A stretch of DNA of 64,000 nucleotides from Gammaproteobacteria bacterium (GTDB lineage: Bacteria > Pseudomonadota > Gammaproteobacteria > GCA-001735895). A program made the position numbers and the translations under genes. The DNA lies in contig JBNKKI010000120.1 in the NCBI GenBank assembly GCA_050291745.1, forward strand, positions 4,397 to 68,396, given 5' to 3'. A model generated the notes under the pieces. The model made no database searches. It was not told where the DNA came from and worked only from the letters and a program-made list of their open reading frames with translations. Positions 1 through 8,058 of the stretch are shown in pieces (position 1 is the stretch's first letter; each line of letters starts with the position of its first letter).

Positions 1-1375
1 CTGGCAGCGAGCGCACGCCGAACTCAAGGGGCGTGCTGGCTTCGGCGAGCAGGCGTTCGAAATCCTCCTGGGTATGTCCGGCGGCAATGTAATCGTTGAC
101 GTCGATCTTGGCGGTGGCGAGAAGCGCCTCGGCCGCTTGGATTTCCTCGGCGGGGCGTCCTGCCAATAGCTTGGCCAGCTCCTTCGGCCCCACGCTCGCC
201 ATCAGGCCGAAGCGTTCGGTCAGCTCCTGCCGGGCCGAGAGCTGTGTCTCCGACAAGGGCAGCGTCACCAGGCGGGTGTCGATCTTGTGTTCGGCCAGGG
301 TGCGGGCGGTTTGCAGCGCCCCCTTGAGACCGGCCTGGGAGAGTTCGTTGTCCTGACAGATATAGACTGTTTCGACGCCGCGCAGCTTGGGGATTAGGCG
401 CTCCCAATCGGCGGCCCGGATGCGGACGGTGACCGGAGATACGGTGGGCAGGCCCAGTTGCATCAGCGCCAGACAATCGGTCACCCCCTCGGTGATGATC
501 ACCTTGCCGGGCCTGGCCAGCAGGCAGTCCTCGTTGAACAGCAGCGCGTTGTTGATGAAATCGGCGACGTAAGGTCGCTGGTGCTCGTCGTGAACGGGCA
601 GCTTCTTGTATTTCCCTTGCTCCCAGTTAGCGTCCGGGGTCCACGGCGTTTTACGGCCGATCATGAACACCACCCGGCCACGGCTCCAGTAGGGAAAGAC
701 GATGCGGCGCTCGAAAAATGGCGTCAGGCCGTCCTGGCTGGTGGGGCGGAACGCGCCGGTGGCGGCGAGCTCCCGTTTGGAGAAACCGTCTTCACCCCCG
801 GTCAATTGGGCGACCGCGCCGGAGGCGTTGTCCGCGTAGCCGATCAGGAGATCGTCGATGGTCTCCTCGCTCAGGGCGTATTTGGATTTCAGCCAGTCGA
901 GGACCTCCGGCGACGCCCTGAGTCGGGCGTGGTAAAGCCTGGCCAGCGCCGTCAGCGCGTCCTTGACCCGCACTTCGAAGGCACGGTCGGCCTCTGTCTG
1001 GGCGAGACGCTCCTGACTCAGGCCATAGCGTGACAGCGGCGGCAAGCCCGCCTTCTTGGCGAGATAGTCCCTGGCCTGGCGGTGGCTGTCCGGCATCGGA
1101 CCGGATTGCCCGGCGGTGACCGAGCCTGTCTGAATGAACTCCACGAGCTGCAGCACATCGCCACCAACCCCGCAGCCGAAGCAGTACCATCCCTGTTTGT
1201 CGAGCATCACGTGCAGCGACAGACGCGACTGGCTCTGATGGTTGGGGCAGTCGCACATCAAGCGCTGGCCGGTCTCCTGGGTGATCCGTCCCGGCAGAAG
1301 TTCCCGGGCCACCTCACCGATGTCCATCTCGGTGACGAGCCGGTAATACTCCCTGACGTTATCCGTTCCGCCCAT
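1..1375 (-). CDS. DnaG-like DNA primase (CHC2 zinc finger plus TOPRIM). The ATG is at 1375; the CDS runs off the window start and is 5'-complete but 3'-partial.
   Basis: Manual minus-strand translation from the ATG at 1375..1373 gives MGGTDNVREYYRLVTEMDIGEVARELLPGRITQETGQRLMCDCPNHQSQSRLSLHVMLDKQGWYCFGCGVGGDVLQLVEF (a CHC2 zinc-finger motif) and, later, VIITEGVTDCLALMQLG (a TOPRIM-like motif). A GGAGG sits about 10 nt upstream. The ATG immediately follows the TGA of the upstream helicase gene (tgagtATG). The ORF track misses it because the frame stays open to position 1. Confidence 0.7.
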   Translation of the reverse strand, partial: MGGTDNVREYYRLVTEMDIGEVARELLPGRITQETGQRLMCDCPNHQSQSRLSLHVMLDKQGWYCFGCGVGGDVLQLVEFIQTGSVTAGQSGPMPDSHRQARDYLAKKAGLPPLSRYGLSQERLAQTEADRAFEVRVKDALTALARLYHARLRASPEVLDWLKSKYALSEETIDDLLIGYADNASGAVAQLTGGEDGFSKRELAATGAFRPTSQDGLTPFFERRIVFPYWSRGRVVFMIGRKTPWTPDANWEQGKYKKLPVHDEHQRPYVADFINNALLFNEDCLLARPGKVIITEGVTDCLALMQLGLPTVSPVTVRIRAADWERLIPKLRGVETVYICQDNELSQAGLKGALQTARTLAEHKIDTRLVTLPLSETQLSARQELTERFGLMASVGPKELAKLLAGRPAEEIQAAEALLATAKIDVNDYIAAGHTQEDFERLLAEASTPLEFGVRSLP

Positions 1376-1377
1376 AC

Positions 1378-3606
1378 TCATTCGGCCTCCGCGACACGGG
1401 CGAAGTCGTCTTCCGGGTGCTGGGCTGCGTCCAGAAACAGGGGCAGGAAGGTCCGGCGGTCATCCACCTGGCAACGCTTGGCGCAGTTCTGAATGCCCCA
1501 ATGGTCGCCCAGGACAATGGCGGTGCGCCGTGCGCGGGTCACCCCGGTGTAGAGCAGATTGCGGTGGTGCATGAAGGAATGCGCCTTGTGTACCACCACC
1601 ACGGCACAGGGGAACTCGGAACCCTGGGTTTTGTGGATGGTGAGCGCATAGGCGAGTTGCAGATCCTGGAGGTCGGGCGAACCCTTCTCCAGCTCCACCG
1701 GCATGCCGTCGAAATCGATGACCAGGGTGCCGTTCGCGAGGACGTCGACCACATAGCCGATGGCACCGTTCATCACGTTCAGGTCGTAGTTGTTCCTGGT
1801 CTGGATGACCTTGTCGTGCTTGAGAAACGGGGCGCGTCGGCCCATGGCGACCGGCGGCACCTCGGTGTTCCAGAGCTTGCGCTGGATGAGCCGTTGCAGT
1901 TCCTCGTTCAATTCCTTGGTGCCTAGCGGCCCCTTGTGGGTCGGCGTCAGCACCTGCACGTCCTTGATGATGTCGAAACCCAGGGCGTCGAGCCGCTCCT
2001 GAAACAGCTCCAGCAGAAACGAGCGTGCCGCCATCGGATCGGTGAACTGATCCACCAGATACCAATCCCGGCATCCGGTCACCGACGCCTCGCTGGTCTT
2101 GCGCACCTCGCCCTTGAGAACGGCGGTGCAGTTCTCCTTGAGAACGCCAGCCTGACGCACGACCTTGTCGAGGATGACCGTGGGAATGGCGCGTGTCTGG
2201 ATCAGATCACGCAAGATGTTTCCTGGCCCCACCGGCGGAAGCTGGTTGTGGTCTCCGACCAACAACACCGTGGTCCGCGACAGGTCAACCGCCTCGAACA
2301 AGTGCCAGGCCAGCGGCACGTCGACCATCGAGAACTCGTCGACCACCAGGACATCGGCATCGATGGGGTTCTCCTTGCTGCGCGAGAAACCCTTGCCGTC
2401 ATAGCCGAGCAGGCGGTGGATGGTGGTGCCGCTGCGACCGCTGACTTCCTCCAGGCGCTTGGCCGCCTTGCCGGTCGGCGCGGCGAGCACGACCTCCAGA
2501 TCGCTCTCCTCGCAGATGGTGTTGATGACCGAAATGGTGTAGCTCTTGCCCGAACCGGCTCCACCCGAGATCAGGCTGATGCTGTGCTTGAGCGCCGAGC
2601 GCACCGCGTCGAGCTGCTTCTCGTTCAGCGTCGCCGCGCAGCGCCGAATCAGGGCGTCGAGTTTTTTGATGGAATGGAAATGCGGATTGGGTGTTTCGGC
2701 CTGGCCGAACAACGCAGCCAGCTCCCGCTCCATGCGGACGATCTCCGGCAGGGCGACCACGAAACGTCCGCCGTGGGAATTGCAGGCAAGCGCCTGTTCT
2801 TCGATGAGCGCGTCGAGGGCGCTCTCGATACGAACCCGGCTGTCCAGGGCATCCATGACCAGCAGCAGATTGGCCTGGTCGACCAGATCCTCGTATTCGA
2901 TCCAGCAGTGGCCATTGTCCAGGGCTTCACGGACGCAGAAATTTAACCCGGCCCGGATACGAGGGGTGTGGTCCTTGGGGGTGCCAAGCTTGCGGGCAAT
3001 CTTGTCGACCTTCTTGAAGCCGAATCCCCGGATCTCCCGAATGAGGATATACGGGTCTTCCTTCAGGACATCGAGGCAGTTGCCGCCGAGTCTTTCGACC
3101 AGGGTGGTGACCTGATGATGAGTCAGGCCGAATGCCGACAGCCAGGCCATGACGGTGTTGACGCTGCGGTTCTTCAACCATTCGTCACGCAGCCGCCGGG
3201 CCGCGTCCAGAGGCAGTCGAGCCTTGAGCGCGATGCGTTCGGGGTCATTCAGAAGGGTTTCTTCAAAGGCGTCGCCGAAGCTTTCGACGATCAATCTGGC
3301 CTTGGCCGGACCAATACCCTTGATCTCCGGATGGTTGGCCAGATAGTGGATCAGCCCCTCCGGGTCGAGTTCGAGGTCGTGCTCCATCCCGTCGACCTTG
3401 AACTGACGGCCGTATTTGGGATGGGTGGACCACGACCCGAGCAGGACCACAGGCTGATTTTCCCGGGCGAACAAATTGCCCGCGAACTGGACTTCCTCAC
3501 CGGTCGGGGTGAGCAGTCGGCCTGCGGAAAACTTGGGTCCGGCATAGTAAACGCGCTCTATTCTTCCCCGGAGTCGCGCCGGGTTACTCTCATTTCTTTT
3601 TGGCAT
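1378..3606 (-). CDS. RecD2/TraA-family (RecD-like) SF1 DNA helicase
   Basis: The ORF 1378..3789 contains a Walker A motif (GGAGSGKSYT), AAPTGKAAKRL, and a RecD2-like N-terminus (RGRIERVYYAGPKFSAGRLLTPTGEEVQF) followed by HhH-like helices. The likely true start is M62 of the ORF (MPKRNESNPARL) at 3606, preceded by GGAGG. The region upstream of M62 translates to low-complexity R/P/L-rich sequence. Confidence 0.75.
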   Translation of the reverse strand: MPKRNESNPARLRGRIERVYYAGPKFSAGRLLTPTGEEVQFAGNLFARENQPVVLLGSWSTHPKYGRQFKVDGMEHDLELDPEGLIHYLANHPEIKGIGPAKARLIVESFGDAFEETLLNDPERIALKARLPLDAARRLRDEWLKNRSVNTVMAWLSAFGLTHHQVTTLVERLGGNCLDVLKEDPYILIREIRGFGFKKVDKIARKLGTPKDHTPRIRAGLNFCVREALDNGHCWIEYEDLVDQANLLLVMDALDSRVRIESALDALIEEQALACNSHGGRFVVALPEIVRMERELAALFGQAETPNPHFHSIKKLDALIRRCAATLNEKQLDAVRSALKHSISLISGGAGSGKSYTISVINTICEESDLEVVLAAPTGKAAKRLEEVSGRSGTTIHRLLGYDGKGFSRSKENPIDADVLVVDEFSMVDVPLAWHLFEAVDLSRTTVLLVGDHNQLPPVGPGNILRDLIQTRAIPTVILDKVVRQAGVLKENCTAVLKGEVRKTSEASVTGCRDWYLVDQFTDPMAARSFLLELFQERLDALGFDIIKDVQVLTPTHKGPLGTKELNEELQRLIQRKLWNTEVPPVAMGRRAPFLKHDKVIQTRNNYDLNVMNGAIGYVVDVLANGTLVIDFDGMPVELEKGSPDLQDLQLAYALTIHKTQGSEFPCAVVVVHKAHSFMHHRNLLYTGVTRARRTAIVLGDHWGIQNCAKRCQVDDRRTFLPLFLDAAQHPEDDFARVAEAE

Positions 3607-4040
3607 CTCGCGATCCTCCGGTGAAAACGTGTCAGGTACTCCTCGACAAAACGGCAGGCGGCCTGCCGGTCCGAGCAGAAGTAGACGGGGACACCGAAGT
3701 CGACGACGATGGAGGCGACCGTTCCGATCAGCGCATGCGGGTGGGCATCGCTGCGGTAGCGGCCATCGACCAGATCGCGAAAGTTGCACTCGACAACCAC
3801 GCAGGCGGATTCGTAGGCGGAGAGCTTTTCCAGCTCGCGGTGAAACCGCTTTCGCCCCCGGATGACGGTGGAGACGAAATCCGTCAGGGATTTGCGCTCC
3901 ACCGCCACCCGTTCCTCAAGGCCGACCAGTGAGTAATCACCGGCGGGCAGCGCCTTGCGAACCGCCGAAACCTTGTCACTATCGAAGCTGTAGGGCTCCT
4001 GTTCGCGGGTGTCGACGACAACGGTGATCCGGTCCATCAT
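3558..4040 (-). CDS. ERCC4 (XPF/Mus81-type) nuclease-domain protein
   Basis: 160 aa containing VVVDTREQ...AGDY...ERKSLTDF, which fits the ERCC4 GDx(n)ERKx3D nuclease signature. The start overlaps the stop of the upstream gene (ATGA). The 3' end overlaps the predicted helicase start by about 49 nt. Confidence 0.5.
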   Translation of the reverse strand: MMDRITVVVDTREQEPYSFDSDKVSAVRKALPAGDYSLVGLEERVAVERKSLTDFVSTVIRGRKRFHRELEKLSAYESACVVVECNFRDLVDGRYRSDAHPHALIGTVASIVVDFGVPVYFCSDRQAACRFVEEYLTRFHRRIARCQKEMRVTRRDSGEE

Positions 4041-4513
4041 CAGAACGGGATCATGTCGTCCATCGCCGCGCCGGGAGCCCCGGCATCGTCGGCCATGACA
4101 ATGCGACGGTTGAAGTAGATGTTCTCGTTTTCACCGCGAGTGCGCTTGGTCACCTCCAGCCTGATGTTGAGAAGCTGCTCGAGGTGGCCCGGCAAGTCGG
4201 AGAGCTTCTGAAGCTGCAGCCCGCAGGTGTAGAGGTCCTGCTTGAGCCATTTGATGTTCTCGTTGCTGGCCATGACGTTGTTGCGCCAGAGAAGACGGCC
4301 CTTGTGGGTCGGCGCGAGAATGCGCAGGGTCCACTTGAGCATGGGATTGCCGGAGGTCTGGGCGCGGGTCAGTTCGACCCGGTCGACGTTGACCTGGTAC
4401 TTGCCGTCGGGGACGGCCTCGAACTCGCGTTCCTCGACTTCGGCGGTTTCAAAGGCGTCGTCGAACTGCGCCAGGTCGAGGTTGCTGTTGGATTGGTTTT
4501 CGTAGTGTTCCAT
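4040..4513 (-). CDS. Phage SSB-like / DUF669-like protein with an SSB-type acidic C-terminal tail
   Basis: 157 aa ending ...DDAGAPGAAMDDMIPF. The terminal acidic DDMIPF resembles the protein-interaction tail of bacterial SSB (DDDIPF). The gene lies immediately downstream of a Sak4-like gene, as in phage single-strand-annealing and recombination modules. Confidence 0.5.
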   Translation of the reverse strand: MEHYENQSNSNLDLAQFDDAFETAEVEEREFEAVPDGKYQVNVDRVELTRAQTSGNPMLKWTLRILAPTHKGRLLWRNNVMASNENIKWLKQDLYTCGLQLQKLSDLPGHLEQLLNIRLEVTKRTRGENENIYFNRRIVMADDAGAPGAAMDDMIPF

Positions 4514-4525
4514 GGTTGGATCTCC

Positions 4526-5296
4526 TTATTGTTGGGGTTTCGCCGTCGCACTCGCGGTCGGCTCCGGCTTCGGCCGGGCGGCACTCGCCGCAGCTCCGGC
4601 TGCCGTGTTGTTGAACGCTTTCATGAAGCTCGAAAAATCGAGGGGGATGACTTCGGGGAGTCGGCCGGTGCGGTCACCGGCGTCGTAGTTGGGACTGGGC
4701 TTGGTGCGCATCACGCGCTGCCAGACCGGCTTGCCGTCCTCGCCGGTTTTCATGTCCAGGTCGCAGAACAGGATCAGGTCCACCAGACCGGTGACCAGCT
4801 TCCGCGCCTTTTCCGGCAGCGTCGGCACGATGCGGGTGTGTTTGCCGGTCCGGGTCTCAATATCCCGCTCCTGGGAGTGGGAGATCAGGATCAGCCCATA
4901 GGGCAGGAAGGCGAGCTTGTTGATGACGCGCTGGAACTCGTTGTTGATCAGCGCGTAACCCTTGCCGTAGCCCAGGTCGGATTCGTGCTCGATCTTGAAT
5001 TTCTTGCAGACGTAGTCCGAGCACATCTTGTAGGCGTTATCCACCGTGTCGACGACGATGGTCTTGAACTCGTGCTTGCCCTCGGCGATTTCCGCGCAGG
5101 CCTGCAGAAGGTCGTCCCAGCAGGTGATCGGGGTCTGGAACACCTCCAGGGCGTTCAGACCCGGCTCGGTCGCCAGGAACAGTGCGTCATCGGCCTTGGA
5201 GCACCAGGTGCTCTTGCCGATCTTGCTCGGGCCGTACACCAGGGCGGTGAGGTCCGAGAGTGTGTGTTTGGGTTTGCTTTTGGTCTTGGGAAGCAT
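4526..5296 (-). CDS. Sak4-like (AAA_24 / RecA-fold) phage recombination ATPase
   Basis: 256 aa with a Walker A motif LVYGPSKIGKST near the N-terminus and a Walker B-like motif TIVVDTVDN. The size and the order (ATPase followed by an SSB-like gene) match Sak4 modules. Confidence 0.65.
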   Translation of the reverse strand: MLPKTKSKPKHTLSDLTALVYGPSKIGKSTWCSKADDALFLATEPGLNALEVFQTPITCWDDLLQACAEIAEGKHEFKTIVVDTVDNAYKMCSDYVCKKFKIEHESDLGYGKGYALINNEFQRVINKLAFLPYGLILISHSQERDIETRTGKHTRIVPTLPEKARKLVTGLVDLILFCDLDMKTGEDGKPVWQRVMRTKPSPNYDAGDRTGRLPEVIPLDFSSFMKAFNNTAAGAAASAARPKPEPTASATAKPQQ

Positions 5297-5322
5297 GGCT
5301 TCGTCTCCTTATGGTTGGGATT

Positions 5323-6339
5323 TCAAAACACCGGAGCGGCGTCTTCACCGGCTCCGTCCCGCAGCTCTTCGTGCGGGGCGATCCGTTGGAAATGGTTTTC
5401 GATGACGTTGGGGTTGCCGCCCGAGCGGCAGAGCTGGAAGTAGGCGCAGGGCCGTCCGTACTGGAAGCAGTAGCTGGTGTTGCGGTAGAAGGTGTCGCGC
5501 CGACGGGCGTCGAGCATGGCCTTGGAGAGTTCCCACAGCTCCGCCCGCAGTTCCTCGAACTGGTCGCGGGAGATGTAGAGCACCTCGCGGTGGAACATGC
5601 CCGGCTCGAGGTACTTCTCCTGAAGCCGCTGCTGGAAGGTGTCGTCGTCCTCCGGCAGCTTGCGCTTGGCGCTGCTCTTGCCGGTTTTCGACTTGGCGAT
5701 CAGCTCCGCCCGGCGGGCCTCGAATTCGGCTTCGGTTTCACCCTTGCCCTGGCGCAGCTTGGCCTTGACCAGGACGTTGTAGATGATGCCGCTGACCGTG
5801 ATGCCGAGGGTCTGCTCCAGGTACCAGGCGTAGAGGATGATCTGGAAGTCGGTCCACAGCCGTTCCAGGTAACTGGCGTCGATCTGTGAAGCGGTTTTGT
5901 GTTCCAGCAGGAAATACTGGCCATCTTGACGGACGATGCCGTCCACCTTTCCGGCGAGAATGAAACTGCGCGAGGTCGCGCCGGTCGCCGGGTTGACGAT
6001 GGGACCTTCGAAGGTCTTCTCGAGCGCGACGACCTCGAACGCTTCAGCCGGGTAGTGTTCCGCATAGGCGCTCATCATGGCTCGGGCGAGATGCCAGTCG
6101 GCCTGTTGATGATCGTCCTGCGCCCGGTTCGGATAGGTCCGGTCGATGTGGTCGAGGACCTTGGCCAGATCTCGCTCGCCGTGCCAGCACTCCAGGCAGT
6201 CGTGAATGACCGAGCCGAAGGCCAGATTGGGGTCGCGCTCGAGCGGCACCAGCTCGTCGATGTAGCGCCACTTGCAGGCCATGCGGCAGTTGCGGAACAG
6301 CCGCCACATGGAATAGGTGGTGGTCATCAGCTCGCTCAT
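5323..6339 (-). CDS. PD-(D/E)XK family exonuclease, Cas4/RecB-like, with a C-terminal Cys cluster
   Basis: 338 aa with a D...E.K-type core (GKVDGI..., YFLLEHKTAS) and a C-terminal cysteine cluster (CFQYGRPCAYFQLC), typical of Cas4/AddB-like iron-sulfur nucleases. Confidence 0.6.
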   Translation of the reverse strand: MSELMTTTYSMWRLFRNCRMACKWRYIDELVPLERDPNLAFGSVIHDCLECWHGERDLAKVLDHIDRTYPNRAQDDHQQADWHLARAMMSAYAEHYPAEAFEVVALEKTFEGPIVNPATGATSRSFILAGKVDGIVRQDGQYFLLEHKTASQIDASYLERLWTDFQIILYAWYLEQTLGITVSGIIYNVLVKAKLRQGKGETEAEFEARRAELIAKSKTGKSSAKRKLPEDDDTFQQRLQEKYLEPGMFHREVLYISRDQFEELRAELWELSKAMLDARRRDTFYRNTSYCFQYGRPCAYFQLCRSGGNPNVIENHFQRIAPHEELRDGAGEDAAPVF

Positions 6340-6674
6340 ACCGCCACCCCCGCTGTAGCGGCGGTGGGCGCTGCGCGATGCTTGGAGGCGCAGGCGCAGC
6401 CAGACGGCTGGGTTCGTTCGATCAGGACCGAGCGTTCGCCGTACTCCTTGGTGGCGAAACCGGTGAAGATGCGGGCGAGGTCGCTGCCGACATCGGTGGA
6501 GGCGTCGATCACGCAGGTGCGTCGGGCCTTGTCCAAATTGAACCGGCTCTCCATCCGCACACGGGAACGGCCATGCAGGCTTTCGACGGCCAGCATCGCC
6601 AGCATGAAAGTGTCTTCCAGTTCCTGGGCCGGGACCGACTCGTCAAAACGGTACTTGTAGGTGTCGTGAGTCAT
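6336..6674 (-). CDS. Hypothetical small protein (112 aa)
   Basis: The internal start MTHDTYKYRFDE at 6674 has AGGAG about 8 nt upstream. The longer 191-aa ORF (up to 6911) would overlap the sigma-factor gene and is rejected. The stop overlaps the exonuclease start (ATGA-type coupling). Confidence 0.4.
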   Translation of the reverse strand: MTHDTYKYRFDESVPAQELEDTFMLAMLAVESLHGRSRVRMESRFNLDKARRTCVIDASTDVGSDLARIFTGFATKEYGERSVLIERTQPSGCACASKHRAAPTAATAGVAV

Positions 6675-6778
6675 GGTTGAACTCCTCTTTTGTTCAGGTT
6701 CTGATTTCCGAGGCCCCGGATAGCCGCACCATGCGGCACGGTGCTTACTTACCGGAGCCGGGGCTGATGCGTCGGAGA

Positions 6779-7363
6779 TCACAGGTAGTCGGTCAGGCCA
6801 GCCTCGCTGAAAGCCTCCCGCAGCTTGCTCAGCCGGTCGTAGAGGGTGGTTCTGGGAATGCCCATCTCCCGGGCGATTTCGGCCATGGTGCTGTCGTGCA
6901 GGCGCACGCACAGATCCCGGAGCTCTTCCGGCAGCGAGGTGATGGCCCGGTCGAGATCCATGCGGATCTCATGGGCGAGAAGCTCCCTTGTCTCGCGGGT
7001 GCCGCTTCCCAGAGAGCCTTCGCTGTCCAGGAAGTCGATTCGCTCGGTGGTGTCGCCTTCACCGTTGTCGAGGGGTTCGTTGAGTGAGGTTTGGCAGAGC
7101 CGCCAGTCCCGGCATTGGGCGAACCGGGCCTCCAGAATGGTGGAGATGTGACGTTCGACGATCCGGGCCATGAAGGTGGTCTTCTTGGCCTTGGCGGGAT
7201 TGAAATGCCGCATCCGCTGCAGCAGATCGATCATCAGTTCCTGTTCGAGGTCGGGTCTGTCGTCCTCGGTGAATCCGGCTTTGCCTACGAGTTGACGTGC
7301 TTTGTGCCGAATGAGGTCGGCGGCATAATTGTCGATACCGTCGTAAGAATTCTGTGAAACCAT
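6779..7363 (-). CDS. Sigma-70 family (ECF-like) RNA polymerase sigma factor
   Basis: 194 aa with a region-2-like segment (DLIRHKARQLVGKAGFTEDDRPDLEQELMIDLLQRM) and a region-4 HTH (STMAEIAREMGIPRTTLYDRLSKLRE). GAGGAGG precedes the start. Confidence 0.65.
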   Translation of the reverse strand: MVSQNSYDGIDNYAADLIRHKARQLVGKAGFTEDDRPDLEQELMIDLLQRMRHFNPAKAKKTTFMARIVERHISTILEARFAQCRDWRLCQTSLNEPLDNGEGDTTERIDFLDSEGSLGSGTRETRELLAHEIRMDLDRAITSLPEELRDLCVRLHDSTMAEIAREMGIPRTTLYDRLSKLREAFSEAGLTDYL

Positions 7364-7558
7364 CGGGGCCTCCTCGGAGCGAGGAGGAGGTCCGCGTGGG
7401 TGTCGGCACGGGCCAGATCACAGGACAAAGCTGTCGCGTGGGCGAAGGGGTCGCAGGTACGCCGCCAATTGCCGTATTCGGCTCGGCGACACCCACAACA
7501 GCCTCCGCCATGCGTCCAGCTTGTTGTCCAGTGTCTAAGGGTTCAGGTCGTTACGTGT

Positions 7559-7885
7559 TCAGGCTGCCCGTTCCTCGATGCGCATCAGGAACGGGAGACC
7601 GTGCTTGATCTCGAGCAGGCAGACTTTTCCGCTGCCCATCTGCGCGAGGTGCTCCAGCAGCGCCACGACCTCTTGCTTGAGGATGAAGTCATCCTGGTCG
7701 CGCTCGGGCCGGGGACCACTCTGTCCGCCCAGCTTGATCTCGCGCTCGATGACCGTGTCAGGGGTGAGTTCCGGCTCGCCGTCGCGGACCGGAATGTTAG
7801 TGATGCGGCCGAAGTTGATGTCCTGCATCAGCTCGATGAGTCGCCGCTTCGGTGGGGTGAGGTGTGCTTTGTTGATTTGTGCCAC
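7559..7885 (-). CDS. Hypothetical protein (108 aa)
   Basis: Its GC3-rich codon usage is consistent with the island genes. It lies between the terminator of the QueC-like operon and the sigma-factor gene. No motif was recognised. Confidence 0.45.
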   Translation of the reverse strand: MAQINKAHLTPPKRRLIELMQDINFGRITNIPVRDGEPELTPDTVIEREIKLGGQSGPRPERDQDDFILKQEVVALLEHLAQMGSGKVCLLEIKHGLPFLMRIEERAA

Positions 7886-7942
7886 TGCCAGTCTCCTTGT
7901 TCGGAAGTTCTGGCACGCCCGGTGGCCAACCCTGTGCTGACC

Positions 7943-7995
7943 AATAAAAAACGCCGGATCGCGCCTTCATTGGGGAAGGCGCTACATCCGGCGTT
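7943..7995 (-). terminator. Rho-independent terminator downstream of the 700-aa QueC-like gene
   Basis: The minus strand reads aacgccggatgtagcgccttccccaatgaaggcgcgatccggcg followed by ttttttatt. This is a long GC stem (cgccggat/atccggcg, with inner gcgcctt/aaggcgc) followed by a U-run. Confidence 0.6.
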
Positions 7996-8058
7996 GCAAT
8001 GGCTACATTTGGCGTAGCGGAAATTTTTTTTAGTTTTTTCTTCCTGGGTGGTCCCGGG

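Noticed and set aside
6336-6911. The 191-aa version of the small gene downstream of the sigma factor
   Set aside because: Its first 79 codons would overlap the 3' end of the sigma-factor gene in another frame. The internal Met at 6674 has a strong AGGAG ribosome-binding site.
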